Assembly (NCBI GenBank): GCA_964394645.1
Contig: CAYMYC010000001.1
Coordinates: 117,299-181,298 of the forward strand
DNA length: 64,000 nucleotides
Reading direction: 5' to 3'
Source: an uncultured Gammaproteobacteria bacterium
GTDB taxonomy: Bacteria > Patescibacteriota > Microgenomatia > Levybacterales > GWA1-39-11
The notes below the pieces were generated by a model. That model ran no database searches and had not been told where the DNA came from. It saw only the letters and a program-made list of their open reading frames with translations. A program made the translations under genes and the position numbers. Shown piece by piece: positions 32,129 to 41,878 of this stretch; the stretch's first letter is position 1, and the number at the start of each line of letters is the position of its first letter.

Positions 32129-33411
32129 ATCTTTTTTTAAAACTTTTTAGAAATAGCGTAAGAGATAGGGAAATTCGAAAGAAAATCCTTATTACGCTTT
32201 TTCTGCTCCTCATATTCAAGTTGTTTGCGCACATACCAGTTTCTGGTGTAAATATAGCACAACTAAAAAATCTTTTTGCCCAAAATCAGCTCTTAGGGTT
32301 TTTGGATATCTTCTCAGGAGGAACACTTTCCAATTTTTCGATTTTAGCCCTAGGATTAAACCCGTATATTTATGCGTCAATAGTCTTACAACTTTTGACA
32401 ATTGTTTACCCAAAGCTTGAGGCGCTAGCTAAGGAAGGGGAGTATGGGAAGCAAAAAATAAATCAATACACACGCTACATAACAATCCCGCTCGCAATAG
32501 TTCAGGGGATAGGTATGTATGCTCTTTTAAGAAATCAAAACATCGTTTCAAGTCTTTCGCCATTGGAAATTGTGTCTTTTATTGCCACATTAACTTGTGG
32601 AACGATGATTGCTATGTGGATTGGGGAACTTATCTCTGAGCAGGGTATTGGGAACGGAATTTCAATTCTTATTTTTGCGGGAATTGTTGGTCAAATACCA
32701 GTTATGTTTATGCAAACGGTTACAACAATCACCGCTGAGCAATTCTTAAATATAGGTGTTATCATTGTTTCTGCAGTTCTTCTTGTGGCTGCAGTTGTTG
32801 CAATTAATGAGGCTGTAAGGCGTGTACCGATTTATTATGCGAAACGGGTGAGAGGTTCTAAGATGCTTGGGGGTCAATCAACACATCTGCCATTAAAATT
32901 GAATCAGGCAGGAGTTATTCCAATAATTTTTGCTGTTTCTTTAGTATTACTTCCTTCTGTTGTGGCTAATTTTTTAATGACTACTCGCAACAATACGCTT
33001 TCTATAATTGGAACAAGTATTTCAACGTACCTTGACCCAAACGGCATACTTTATAATACTTTGTATTTCCTATTGGTTGTAGGATTTACCTATTTTTATA
33101 CTGCTGTAGTTTTTAATCCATCAAAAATAGCTGAGGAAATACAAAAGTATGGTGGGTTTATACCTGGGGTAAGACCGGGTAAGCCGACTGCATCATTTTT
33201 AAACTTTATTGTTACAAGAATAACTCTTGCTGGTGCAGTATTTTTAGGTATAATTGCAGTATTGCCGAATATAGGACGCGTGATAACCGGAAATCAGACG
33301 CTTCTTATAGGGGGAACAAGTATTTTAATTGTTGTATCAGTTGTTATTGAAACTGTTAAAATATTAGATACGCAAATGGTAACAAAAAGTTATGAGAAGT
33401 TTTTAAAATAA
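32125..33411 (+). CDS. secY: Preprotein translocase SecY
   Basis: [29 protein letters not shown]; ~10 TM segments. Confidence 0.99.
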   Translation: MNLFLKLFRNSVRDREIRKKILITLFLLLIFKLFAHIPVSGVNIAQLKNLFAQNQLLGFLDIFSGGTLSNFSILALGLNPYIYASIVLQLLTIVYPKLEALAKEGEYGKQKINQYTRYITIPLAIVQGIGMYALLRNQNIVSSLSPLEIVSFIATLTCGTMIAMWIGELISEQGIGNGISILIFAGIVGQIPVMFMQTVTTITAEQFLNIGVIIVSAVLLVAAVVAINEAVRRVPIYYAKRVRGSKMLGGQSTHLPLKLNQAGVIPIIFAVSLVLLPSVVANFLMTTRNNTLSIIGTSISTYLDPNGILYNTLYFLLVVGFTYFYTAVVFNPSKIAEEIQKYGGFIPGVRPGKPTASFLNFIVTRITLAGAVFLGIIAVLPNIGRVITGNQTLLIGGTSILIVVSVVIETVKILDTQMVTKSYEKFLK

Positions 33412-33426
33412 AAAATTACTTAATAT

Positions 33427-33969
33427 ATGAAGCTAATATTAATAGGTATCCAGGGAAGCGGTAAGTCCACACAAGGAAATATACTTTCTGAGAAATTGCA
33501 TATTCCCTATCTTTCTTCAGGACATATATTCCGTGAAATGGCAAAGGAGAAAACTCCTATTGGTCGCTACATTAAAGAGACTATGAATGCAGGATTTTTA
33601 ATCCCAGATGATAAAACACTTGAGATAGTTATTGAGTATTTAGGGCGATCAGAATATCAGAGTGGTTATATTCTTGATGGATTTCCTAGAACTGTTCCGC
33701 AGGCTGAAGCGTTTCCAAATGGAGTAGAGAAGGTAATTTATCTTCGGGTGACTGACAAAGAGGCTTTATGGAGGTTAGCTGGTCGTGACGAAGAAGGAGT
33801 GCGTGAAGATAACACATTGAAAGCTATTCTGAAGCGTATAAATGAATTTCATACAAAAACAGAGCCAGTAATTGAATATTATAGAGAAAAGGGTAAACTG
33901 CTTGAAATAAATGGTGAAAGAAATATAGAAGAAATTGCCTCTGAGATACTTTCAAATATCCAGAAATAA
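33427..33969 (+). CDS. adk: Adenylate kinase (short, no full LID domain)
   Basis: GIQGSGKST, SSGHIFRE, GYILDGFPRT; follows secY. Confidence 0.88.
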   Translation: MKLILIGIQGSGKSTQGNILSEKLHIPYLSSGHIFREMAKEKTPIGRYIKETMNAGFLIPDDKTLEIVIEYLGRSEYQSGYILDGFPRTVPQAEAFPNGVEKVIYLRVTDKEALWRLAGRDEEGVREDNTLKAILKRINEFHTKTEPVIEYYREKGKLLEINGERNIEEIASEILSNIQK

Positions 33970-34539
33970 ATGATAAAACCTCAAATTCTAGGAATTACAG
34001 GAGCGTTCGGAAGTGGGAAATCTACTGCTTCTGAATATATTGTTTCATTAGGGTATAAAAAAATAAGCTTATCGAAGTTCTTAGAGGATGAGCTTGTATC
34101 ATTAGGAGAAACAGCCATAACACGTGAAAAACTCCAAGACCTTGGTAACTCCTGGCGTACTGAGTATGGAAGTGGTGTATTGGGGAAAAAAGCTGTTGAA
34201 TTAATTCTCACAAATAAGTTCGATAGAGTAGTTGTGGAGGGTATTCGAAATATTGAAGAAATTGGTGAGCTAAAAAAAATAGGAACAGTGACTTTAATTG
34301 CTCTCATGGTTGATAGAAGTGTTAGGTATAAGAGGTTGGAGAAGTTGACAAGAAGAGAGAAATTAACGCCTGAGTTGTTTGAGAAATTAGACGCAAGAGA
34401 TTTGGGGCTGGGAGAGAGCGACTCTGGACTCCAAACAGCTCTTTGTATTGCTCTGTCAGACATATATATAAATAACAATACAAACGAGAAAGATTTATTC
34501 ATTAAAATCGAAGATGTAATAAAGAGTTTGGGGAGATAG
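33970..34539 (+). CDS. P-loop nucleoside/nucleotide kinase-like protein (dephospho-CoA kinase-like)
   Basis: GITGAFGSGKST, VVEGIRN, R...R lid motif. Confidence 0.7.
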   Translation: MIKPQILGITGAFGSGKSTASEYIVSLGYKKISLSKFLEDELVSLGETAITREKLQDLGNSWRTEYGSGVLGKKAVELILTNKFDRVVVEGIRNIEEIGELKKIGTVTLIALMVDRSVRYKRLEKLTRREKLTPELFEKLDARDLGLGESDSGLQTALCIALSDIYINNNTNEKDLFIKIEDVIKSLGR

Positions 34540-34570
34540 GAGAAAATATTTTTAATCAGCATATTTTAAA

Positions 34571-35143
34571 ATGCAAAATATATACGTTTTAATAGGACCA
34601 CCGTTATCCGGGAAAGAGACACAAGGAGAACTGCTGGAAATTTCTTTGGGAGGTATTCCTAGATTTTCAATGGGACATTTAATCCGTGAGGCAAGAAATA
34701 CGGATCAGAAATTTGAAAATGCGTATCAAAAATATAGTATGCAGGGAAAACACTTACCAAATGATATAAAATTTTCGCTTTTAGCGGATAAAATGAATAA
34801 GGCAAATCAATCTGGTTTTATTCTGGACAATTTTCCTGCAACTGCAGAAGATGTAGAATACCTAGAGAGATATCTTGTTGGGAAAGATTTGAAGATAAAA
34901 ACTGTAATAGTGCTAAACGTTTCGGGAGATGAAACAAAAAAACGTTTTGAAATAGCGAGAAATAGGAGGGGTCGCGCAGATGATACAATTAAAAACATTC
35001 TCGATAGAAGAGAAATACAAGATACTGATCGTATGGCAGTGCTAAATCATTATGAAAAGATGGGGGTATTAAAAATGATTAATGGAGAGCAGTCTGTAGA
35101 GAAAGTTCATCAGGATATATTAAGGGAGATTGATCAATCGTAA
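34571..35143 (+). CDS. Second adenylate kinase-family protein
   Basis: GPPLSGKET, SMGHLIRE, GFILDNFP, RGRADD. Confidence 0.8.
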   Translation: MQNIYVLIGPPLSGKETQGELLEISLGGIPRFSMGHLIREARNTDQKFENAYQKYSMQGKHLPNDIKFSLLADKMNKANQSGFILDNFPATAEDVEYLERYLVGKDLKIKTVIVLNVSGDETKKRFEIARNRRGRADDTIKNILDRREIQDTDRMAVLNHYEKMGVLKMINGEQSVEKVHQDILREIDQS

Positions 35144-35153
35144 ATTTTAACAA

Positions 35154-35933
35154 ATGAAAAATAATACTAAGACGAATAGTCAAATAGAGATTATGGAAAA
35201 GGCAGGAGAGATGCTTGGAGTAGTTTTGGCAGAAACTTTAGAGCTTGTTAAGCCTGGGATAACAGAGCTTGAGTTGGATAGCTTTGCGGATAAACGAATA
35301 GTAGAGTTGGGTGGTTTTCCCGGATTCAAGAAGGTTGAGGGGTATAAACATGCTATTTGTGTGGCAACCAATGATATTGTGGTTCATGGTATCCCGAAAA
35401 AAAGGATTCTTCGGGAAGGGGATATCATAGCGGTAGACGCTGGAGTATTTCTAGACGGTTTTCACTCTGATATGGCTGAGACAGTTGTAGTTGGAAAAGC
35501 AAAGAATAATGAGATTTACCAATTTTTAGATTCTGGTAAACGGGCTATGTACGCTGGTATTATGCAGGCAAAGCCAGGTAATCGTGTTGGAGATATTTCA
35601 AAAGCAATACAAGAGATAGTGGAAAAACAAGGAGGATATTCAGTTGTACATTCTCTGGTCGGGCATGGTGTAGGAAAAGACCTTCATGAAGATCCGCAAA
35701 TTCCAGGTTATTTGCGTGGGAAAATAGAGAAAACACCGCTTCTTGTTCCTAATATGACCATTGCTGTTGAAGTTATTTACAATATGGGTGCGCAGGAAGT
35801 TGAGTATGAGGGTTCAGACGACTGGACAATAGCGACTAAAGATCATTCTTTGTCTGGTGTTTTCGAAAGAACAATCGTTATAACTGATGTAGGACCAAAA
35901 CTTTTAACACACTTTCCAGGAGAGCAACTATAG
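35154..35933 (+). CDS. map: Methionine aminopeptidase type I
   Basis: VVHGIP, DGFHSD, GHGVG..LHEDP, FERT. Confidence 0.97.
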   Translation: MKNNTKTNSQIEIMEKAGEMLGVVLAETLELVKPGITELELDSFADKRIVELGGFPGFKKVEGYKHAICVATNDIVVHGIPKKRILREGDIIAVDAGVFLDGFHSDMAETVVVGKAKNNEIYQFLDSGKRAMYAGIMQAKPGNRVGDISKAIQEIVEKQGGYSVVHSLVGHGVGKDLHEDPQIPGYLRGKIEKTPLLVPNMTIAVEVIYNMGAQEVEYEGSDDWTIATKDHSLSGVFERTIVITDVGPKLLTHFPGEQL

Positions 35934-36029
35934 CCTTGATATGAGGCTTAGTATCTGATAGAATATACAAATACTTAAGCTCTCTTAGAGGAATCTCAAG
36001 GGAGAATTTTTGAGTTTAGGGATATACGG

Positions 36030-36251
36030 ATGGCGCATCAAGGTTCAATCGAAGTAGACGGAATTGTAAAAGAGGTTTTACCTAACACTTTATTTAGAGT
36101 TGAAATAGAAGGTGGAAGGGTAGTTCTTTGTCACCTCTCAGGTAAGATGAGGATTCATTTTATAAAAATTTTACCTGGAGATAGGGTACGGATAGAAATG
36201 ACGCCATACGATAAAACAAAGGGAAGAATTACCTTTAGGCATAGGAGCTAA
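36030..36251 (+). CDS. infA: Translation initiation factor IF-1
   Basis: [27 protein letters not shown]. Confidence 0.98.
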   Translation: MAHQGSIEVDGIVKEVLPNTLFRVEIEGGRVVLCHLSGKMRIHFIKILPGDRVRIEMTPYDKTKGRITFRHRS

Positions 36252-36302
36252 AATTTAATCATTGGTGAATTGTAAAAGTTATTCACTATTTTCTTAACAA
36301 AT

Positions 36303-36695
36303 ATGAGAGTTGCAGGTGTAAATGTACCAGACGGAAAAAGAGCAGATATCGCACTTACCTATATTTATGGGGTAGGTCGTTCTAACGTGAAAGAAATTTT
36401 AGTAAAAGCTAAAATAGAACCTGATAGAAGAATAAATACTCTATCTGAGGAAGAGTTAACGCAAATTCAGAAAGCACTTGATTCAATTAAAATTGAAGGA
36501 GATTTAAGGGGTGAAATCTTTGAAGATATTAAGCGCCTTAAAAATATAAGTTCTTATAGGGGATTAAGACATGCAAGAAATCTTCCAGCACGGGGTCAAA
36601 GAACTCGTTCTAATGCTCGCACAAAACGTGGAAAGAGAGTCACTATCGGAGCGATCAAAAAAGAAGTAGCTGAAAAAATGGGTCTCAATAAGTAG
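36303..36695 (+). CDS. rpsM: 30S ribosomal protein S13
   Basis: ALTYIYGVG, LPARGQRTRSNART. Confidence 0.98.
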   Translation: MRVAGVNVPDGKRADIALTYIYGVGRSNVKEILVKAKIEPDRRINTLSEEELTQIQKALDSIKIEGDLRGEIFEDIKRLKNISSYRGLRHARNLPARGQRTRSNARTKRGKRVTIGAIKKEVAEKMGLNK

Positions 36696-36713
36696 AAGAG
36701 AACAATAAATAAT

Positions 36714-37103
36714 ATGGCAAAGGTACAAGCAAAAACAAAAAAGAAAAAAATGGTGACAACGTCATCAGGTCGTGTATATGTAAGTACAACATTTAACAAT
36801 ACAATTGTTACTGTAACAAATGAGAAAGGTGATGCTCTTTCATGGAGTTCATCAGGGAATATGGGTTACAAGGGAACAAGAAAGTCAACTCCATTTGCAG
36901 CAACTCAAGCTGTTGATGAGGCATTAAAACGAGCAAGAGAAGCTGGTCTTCAAACGGTAGAGGTATTCATTAAAGGTCCTGGTGTTGGACGTGATGCTGC
37001 CCTGCGTGCAGTTAGAAATTCTGGTCTTACAATTTCAATGATAGCAGATGTAACGCCGATTCCACACAATGGAGTAAGGGCAAAGAAAAAGAGAAGAGTA
37101 TAA
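36714..37103 (+). CDS. rpsK: 30S ribosomal protein S11
   Basis: TFNNTIVT, KSTPFAA, DVTPIPHNG. Confidence 0.98.
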   Translation: MAKVQAKTKKKKMVTTSSGRVYVSTTFNNTIVTVTNEKGDALSWSSSGNMGYKGTRKSTPFAATQAVDEALKRAREAGLQTVEVFIKGPGVGRDAALRAVRNSGLTISMIADVTPIPHNGVRAKKKRRV

Positions 37104-37125
37104 AAATATATTATAAATATTTATT

Positions 37126-37713
37126 ATGGCAAGATATACAGGACCAAAACATAGACTAGCAAGACTTGAGGGTGTAAATATTCTTGAGAAAACATCTAAT
37201 TCTCTTGAGCGCAGACTTAATATTATTCCTGGAATTCATGGCAAGAAAGGAAGAAGAAAAACATCAGAGTATGGGTTGCAGTTAAGGGAAAAGCAAAAGC
37301 TCAAAAAAATATATGGACTTTTGGAAAAACAATTCAGGAATTACGTTGATCTTGCGCAGAGTAAGAAAGCAAATACAGAAGATGCCTTAGTTCAACTCCT
37401 TGAAACAAGACTGGACAATATTGTTTATCGTTTGGGATTTGCTCGATCTAGGAATCAGGCTCGCCAAATGGTTTCACACAAGCATGTGTTTGTAAACGGG
37501 AAAAAAGTAAACATCCCTTCATATAGGGTGAAAGAAGGAGACGCAATTACTTTTTCAACAAAAATGATTAAGGCTGAAGATGAAGAAACAAGAGCGGTTT
37601 TACCTTTTGTTGAAAGAGAAGCAGATGCAGGTAAGCTCATGAGGCTTCCTGAGAGCAAAGATGTGCCAAATCCTGTAGATTATCAATTGGTTATTGAATT
37701 TTACTCTAGATAG
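37126..37713 (+). CDS. rpsD: 30S ribosomal protein S4
   Basis: MARYTGP, QLREKQK, LETRLDN, VIEFYSR. Confidence 0.98.
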   Translation: MARYTGPKHRLARLEGVNILEKTSNSLERRLNIIPGIHGKKGRRKTSEYGLQLREKQKLKKIYGLLEKQFRNYVDLAQSKKANTEDALVQLLETRLDNIVYRLGFARSRNQARQMVSHKHVFVNGKKVNIPSYRVKEGDAITFSTKMIKAEDEETRAVLPFVEREADAGKLMRLPESKDVPNPVDYQLVIEFYSR

Positions 37714-37800
37714 TAGTACAATAACGATTATAGAAGCCTAGCGTATGGGTTATTACTCATATTGTGTAGGCTTCAATTCTGTCATTTTGGAGTTATTAAT

Positions 37801-38724
37801 ATGATCAGTCCTAAATTTAAAGTTGTCGAAGAAAATACACAAGAAAATTATACAAGATTTGTTTTTGAGCCATTAGAGCCTGGCTTCGGAAACACCTTAG
37901 GAGTTGCGCTTCGTCGCGTTCTACTAACTGGTATTGAAGGATCAGCAGTTACCTCAGTAAAAATTAACGGAGTAAAGCACATGTTCTCCACCCTTCCAGG
38001 ATTAAAAGAAGATATTATTGAGCTTATACTTAATATTAAAATGTTAAGAGTTAAAATGGCTGAAAGTAAAAAGGAAGCTAAATTGACACTTGAAGTGACA
38101 GGGCCAGGAGATGTTACTGCATCTAATATAGAAGTAGCAGACGGTATAGAGATAGTAAACGCTGATCACTACTTAGGTTCTCTTTCTGATAAAAAATCAA
38201 AACTAGAAATGGAAATGACAGTTGAGCGTGGTCTTGGGTATTCGCTTGCAGAGGAAAGAAAGATCTCAACAATTGGAGTTATTCCAATTGATGCAATATT
38301 CTCACCTGTTGTAAGAGTAAATTATAAGGTAGAGCAAACGCGCGTAGGACGTCAAACAAACTACGATAAGCTCGTTTTAGATGTATGGACTGACGGAACA
38401 ATTGTTTCTTCAGTTGTTTTGGAGCAAGCAGCTCGTATTTTAGTCTCATATTTTATGAGAGTATACGAACAAGATGAGGATGTTGTAGCTGAGCAAATCA
38501 TATCTTCACCAAAATTATCAGATGACGTAGCGAGAATGACAGTTGATGAGTTAGACTTGCCAACAAGAATTTATAACTCATTAAGAAATGCTGGAATAGA
38601 AACTGTTGGTCAACTTCTAACAACTCCTAAAAAAGAATTAATGAACTATAGAAACCTTGGGGCAAAATCACTCTCCGTTATTGATGAAAGCCTTAAGGAA
38701 AAAGGAATAGATTTCAACATCTAA
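37801..38724 (+). CDS. rpoA: RNA polymerase alpha subunit
   Basis: EPLEPGFGNTLG.ALRRVLL, DAIFSPV, RNLGAKS; ATG 37801 preferred. Confidence 0.98.
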   Translation: MISPKFKVVEENTQENYTRFVFEPLEPGFGNTLGVALRRVLLTGIEGSAVTSVKINGVKHMFSTLPGLKEDIIELILNIKMLRVKMAESKKEAKLTLEVTGPGDVTASNIEVADGIEIVNADHYLGSLSDKKSKLEMEMTVERGLGYSLAEERKISTIGVIPIDAIFSPVVRVNYKVEQTRVGRQTNYDKLVLDVWTDGTIVSSVVLEQAARILVSYFMRVYEQDEDVVAEQIISSPKLSDDVARMTVDELDLPTRIYNSLRNAGIETVGQLLTTPKKELMNYRNLGAKSLSVIDESLKEKGIDFNI

Positions 38725-38762
38725 AGTTCTGCTTTAAAAATTTCGGTTTGATACATATTAAT

Positions 38763-38785
38763 GCGTCTTAACCGACGCTTTTTTT
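38763..38785 (+). terminator. Terminator-like hairpin between rpoA and rplQ
   Basis: GCGTC-ttaacc-GACGC followed by T7. Confidence 0.45.
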
Positions 38786-38792
38786 ATAAAAG

Positions 38793-39269
38793 ATGAGAAA
38801 AAGAGTATTTGGTAAAAAATTAAAAAGAACAACGAATCAAAGAAAGGCGCTTTTTAGATCGCTCACGCAAGCGCTTGTTTTGCATGGTAGAATAAAAACA
38901 ACGGAAGCTAAAGCAAAAGCGATAAAAGGAGAAATTGAAAAATTAATAACTTACGCAAAAAATAACAAAGAAAACGCTTATAACCATTTGCAGCACCATG
39001 TACATCCGAAAACAGCTGAAGGAATTATAGTAATAGCACCAGTGTTTGAGAACAGACCAGGAGGATATACAAGAATTATAAGAATTGGTGGAAGAAAAAA
39101 GGATAACGCAGCGATGGTATTATTGGAGTTTGTAGAAAAAACACAGTCTGTAATTGTTGAAAAACCCAAGAAAGATGAGAAAAAAACGGTTGAAAAAGCG
39201 CCTCAAGCAGACGATAAAAAGATAAAGAAAGGAAAGGATGCAAAATCTAACAAAACCAACAAAAAGTAA
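38793..39269 (+). CDS. rplQ: 50S ribosomal protein L17
   Basis: IKTTEAKAK, RPGGYTRI. Confidence 0.97.
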   Translation: MRKRVFGKKLKRTTNQRKALFRSLTQALVLHGRIKTTEAKAKAIKGEIEKLITYAKNNKENAYNHLQHHVHPKTAEGIIVIAPVFENRPGGYTRIIRIGGRKKDNAAMVLLEFVEKTQSVIVEKPKKDEKKTVEKAPQADDKKIKKGKDAKSNKTNKK

Positions 39270-39690
39270 AGAAATAGTTCGTTCATGGCATCTTGTGGAT
39301 GCAAACGGAGCAATTTTAGGCAGAACAGCCACAATGATTGCTGAATCCCTTATGGGAAAAGGAAAGTCATATTTTGCAAAGAATATGGATTGCGGAGATT
39401 ACGTTGTGGTGATAAATGCAGCCATGGTTAAAGTTACTGGCAACAAGGAAAAAAACAAGATATACACGAGATATTCAGGTTATCCAGGTGGACTTCATTC
39501 AAAGCGTTTGGAAGAGGTAAGAGAATCTAAGCCAACAGAAATTATAAGACATGCAGTTTCAGGAATGCTTCCGAAAAATAAATTAAGAGAGCAGATGTTA
39601 AAGCGACTCTATATATATAAGGATACAGAACATCCATACGAGGACAAATTAAAAAGTAAAAATGTGAAACTTAAAAATGAGGAGAAATAA
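39238..39690 (+). CDS. rplM: 50S ribosomal protein L13
   Basis: WHLVDA...LGR, DCGDYVVVINA, GYPGG, GMLPKN. Confidence 0.98.
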   Translation: MQNLTKPTKSKEIVRSWHLVDANGAILGRTATMIAESLMGKGKSYFAKNMDCGDYVVVINAAMVKVTGNKEKNKIYTRYSGYPGGLHSKRLEEVRESKPTEIIRHAVSGMLPKNKLREQMLKRLYIYKDTEHPYEDKLKSKNVKLKNEEK

Positions 39691-39692
39691 AA

Positions 39693-40154
39693 ATGGATAA
39701 AATAGAGATAAAAACAAAATCATCAAAAAATTACATAACTGCGGTAGGCAGACGCAGAGAGGCTGTTGCGCGTGTAAGAATATATACTGCGGCAGGTAAA
39801 ATTGAGGTTTTTGGTGAAGAGAGAAAAAGAGGGGACATAGTAATAAATAAAAAGCCTGTTATGGAGTATTTTTCTTTTGCGTCTTCCGCATCAAAATATA
39901 AAAAATTATTGGGTGAAACAGGAGTAGATGGGAAATATGTAATTTCAGCAAGAATTACTGGAGGAGGTCTTAATGGACAGCTAGAAGCATTTGTTCATGG
40001 AGTAGCGCGCGCATTGGATAAAATAGATAAAGAGAAGCATCACAAGGTGCTCTCAGACAACGGTTATCTTACTCGTGACCCGAGAACTCGTGAGCGACGT
40101 AAGGTAGGAAACGCTGGAAAAGCACGTCGTAAAAAGCAATCGCCAAAGCGATAG
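39693..40154 (+). CDS. rpsI: 30S ribosomal protein S9
   Basis: GRRREAVARV, LTRDPR.RERRK, QSPKR. Confidence 0.98.
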   Translation: MDKIEIKTKSSKNYITAVGRRREAVARVRIYTAAGKIEVFGEERKRGDIVINKKPVMEYFSFASSASKYKKLLGETGVDGKYVISARITGGGLNGQLEAFVHGVARALDKIDKEKHHKVLSDNGYLTRDPRTRERRKVGNAGKARRKKQSPKR

Positions 40155-40187
40155 AGCTCAAGTTTTATTTCAATTTTATTTTCCGTA

Positions 40188-40658
40188 TTATTCAACAGCT
40201 TTTTTTATTACATCAAAAGAAAATCCCCGGGATAGAAGAAGGCGCATCATTTTTTCTTTGAATTGAGTCTTGTCTAAATGAGAGTAAATTCTTTTTTTTC
40301 TTTCAACAAATGCTCTTGCGGTTACTAAGTCGTCTTGTGTATCTTTTGAGATCACATTTATAATATCATCGCTTATTCCCTTTTTCTTCAACTCATAGGA
40401 AATAAAGTATTTGCTTTTTCCTTTATAGTTCTGTCTACTACGAGCAAAACTTTTCCCGAATTCTTCATCGTTTAAAAAATTTAATTCTTTAAGCCGTAGA
40501 ATTGTTTGTGAGATAATATTACTTACAAACCCTTTTTTTGTTAAATAATTCTCAATTTCTTTAGTACTTCTTGCTCGTAAAGACAAATATCTTGCAGCAC
40601 TATTGAATGCATATTGTGGATCGTTGGGGTGTTCATTACTGAAGAGCTTCTTCCTCAT
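40188..40658 (-). CDS. recX: Regulatory protein RecX
   Basis: [22 protein letters not shown]; overlaps the recA 3' end. Confidence 0.92.
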   Translation of the reverse strand: MRKKLFSNEHPNDPQYAFNSAARYLSLRARSTKEIENYLTKKGFVSNIISQTILRLKELNFLNDEEFGKSFARSRQNYKGKSKYFISYELKKKGISDDIINVISKDTQDDLVTARAFVERKKRIYSHLDKTQFKEKMMRLLLSRGFSFDVIKKAVE

Positions 40659-41754
40659 TTTCCTCTTTTGTTTCCTCTACTCCCACTTCTATCATGGGTT
40701 TTTGTGATTCTGATTTTTTCATTACTTCATCAACTATTTTTTTTGCAGTATCTTTATGTTCGGTAAGATATGCTTTTGCCGATTCTCTTCCTTGCCCAAG
40801 CATTAGTTCGCCATATCGTAAGAATGCTCCAGATTTTTGAATTACTCCTGTTTCAATTCCCACATCTAAAATATTACCCTCACGAGAGATTCCGATACCA
40901 CCCATTACGTCGAATTCAGCAACACGAAAAGGTGGAGATACTTTATTTTTTACAACCTTGACGCGCGTTCTATTTCCAATCACTTTATCCCCATCTTTTA
41001 ATGTCTCAATCTTTCTAACATCAAGCCTAATTGATGCGTAAAATTTCAAAGCCATCCCTCCGGTAGTTGTTTCAGGGTTACCAAACATAACTCCAATTTT
41101 TTGCCTAAGCTGATTGGTAAATATGACAATAGTTTTAGATTTTGAAATTGCAGCAGTAAGTTTTCTTAGGGCTTGAGACATAAGCCTTGCTTGCATTCCC
41201 ATAACTGCGTCTCCCATTTCTCCTTCTATTTCAGCACGAGGAACAAGTGCTGCAACAGAGTCAATTACTATTACATCTACTCCTCCCGACCTAATAAGTT
41301 GTTCAGTGATTTCAAGCGCTTGTTCTCCTGTGTCTGGTTGAGAAATAATAAGATCCTCTAGCTTTACGCCAATAGTCTGAGCCCATAATGGGTCAAGTGC
41401 GTGTTCCGCATCTATAAATGCTGCTATTCCCCCAATTTTTTGAGCTTCTGCGATAACTGAAAGGCAAAGAGTAGTTTTCCCTGATGCCTCAGGTCCAAAT
41501 ATTTCAATAATGCGTCCTCGGGGAAATCCCCCAACTCCGAGTGCTAAGTCTAAGGCTAGTGCACCTGTTGGAATTACTTCTATAGCCATTTTTCCTGCCG
41601 AGTCACCAAATTTCATAATGGACCCTTTCCCATATTGTCTTTGAATTTGTTCCATTGCCATATTAATTGCTTGAAGACGTTGGGAGGAGGATGCGGAAGC
41701 GTTTGCTGCAGTGGTTGATAAGCCGTTTGTGGTGTTTGCTTTTGGTTTTGCCAT
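40636..41754 (-). CDS. recA: Recombinase A
   Basis: [35 protein letters not shown]. Confidence 0.99.
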   Translation of the reverse strand: MAKPKANTTNGLSTTAANASASSSQRLQAINMAMEQIQRQYGKGSIMKFGDSAGKMAIEVIPTGALALDLALGVGGFPRGRIIEIFGPEASGKTTLCLSVIAEAQKIGGIAAFIDAEHALDPLWAQTIGVKLEDLIISQPDTGEQALEITEQLIRSGGVDVIVIDSVAALVPRAEIEGEMGDAVMGMQARLMSQALRKLTAAISKSKTIVIFTNQLRQKIGVMFGNPETTTGGMALKFYASIRLDVRKIETLKDGDKVIGNRTRVKVVKNKVSPPFRVAEFDVMGGIGISREGNILDVGIETGVIQKSGAFLRYGELMLGQGRESAKAYLTEHKDTAKKIVDEVMKKSESQKPMIEVGVEETKEENEEEALQ

Positions 41755-41878
41755 ATTCTTTTAATTCTTGTTCTTTTCGAGTTTTATTGTAACAACTTTC
41801 GTATTAATTTCAATCATACTCACTATATCAAAAAGTAGCAAAATATTCATTTCGGTAAAAATTTGGTAAAATCACTTG

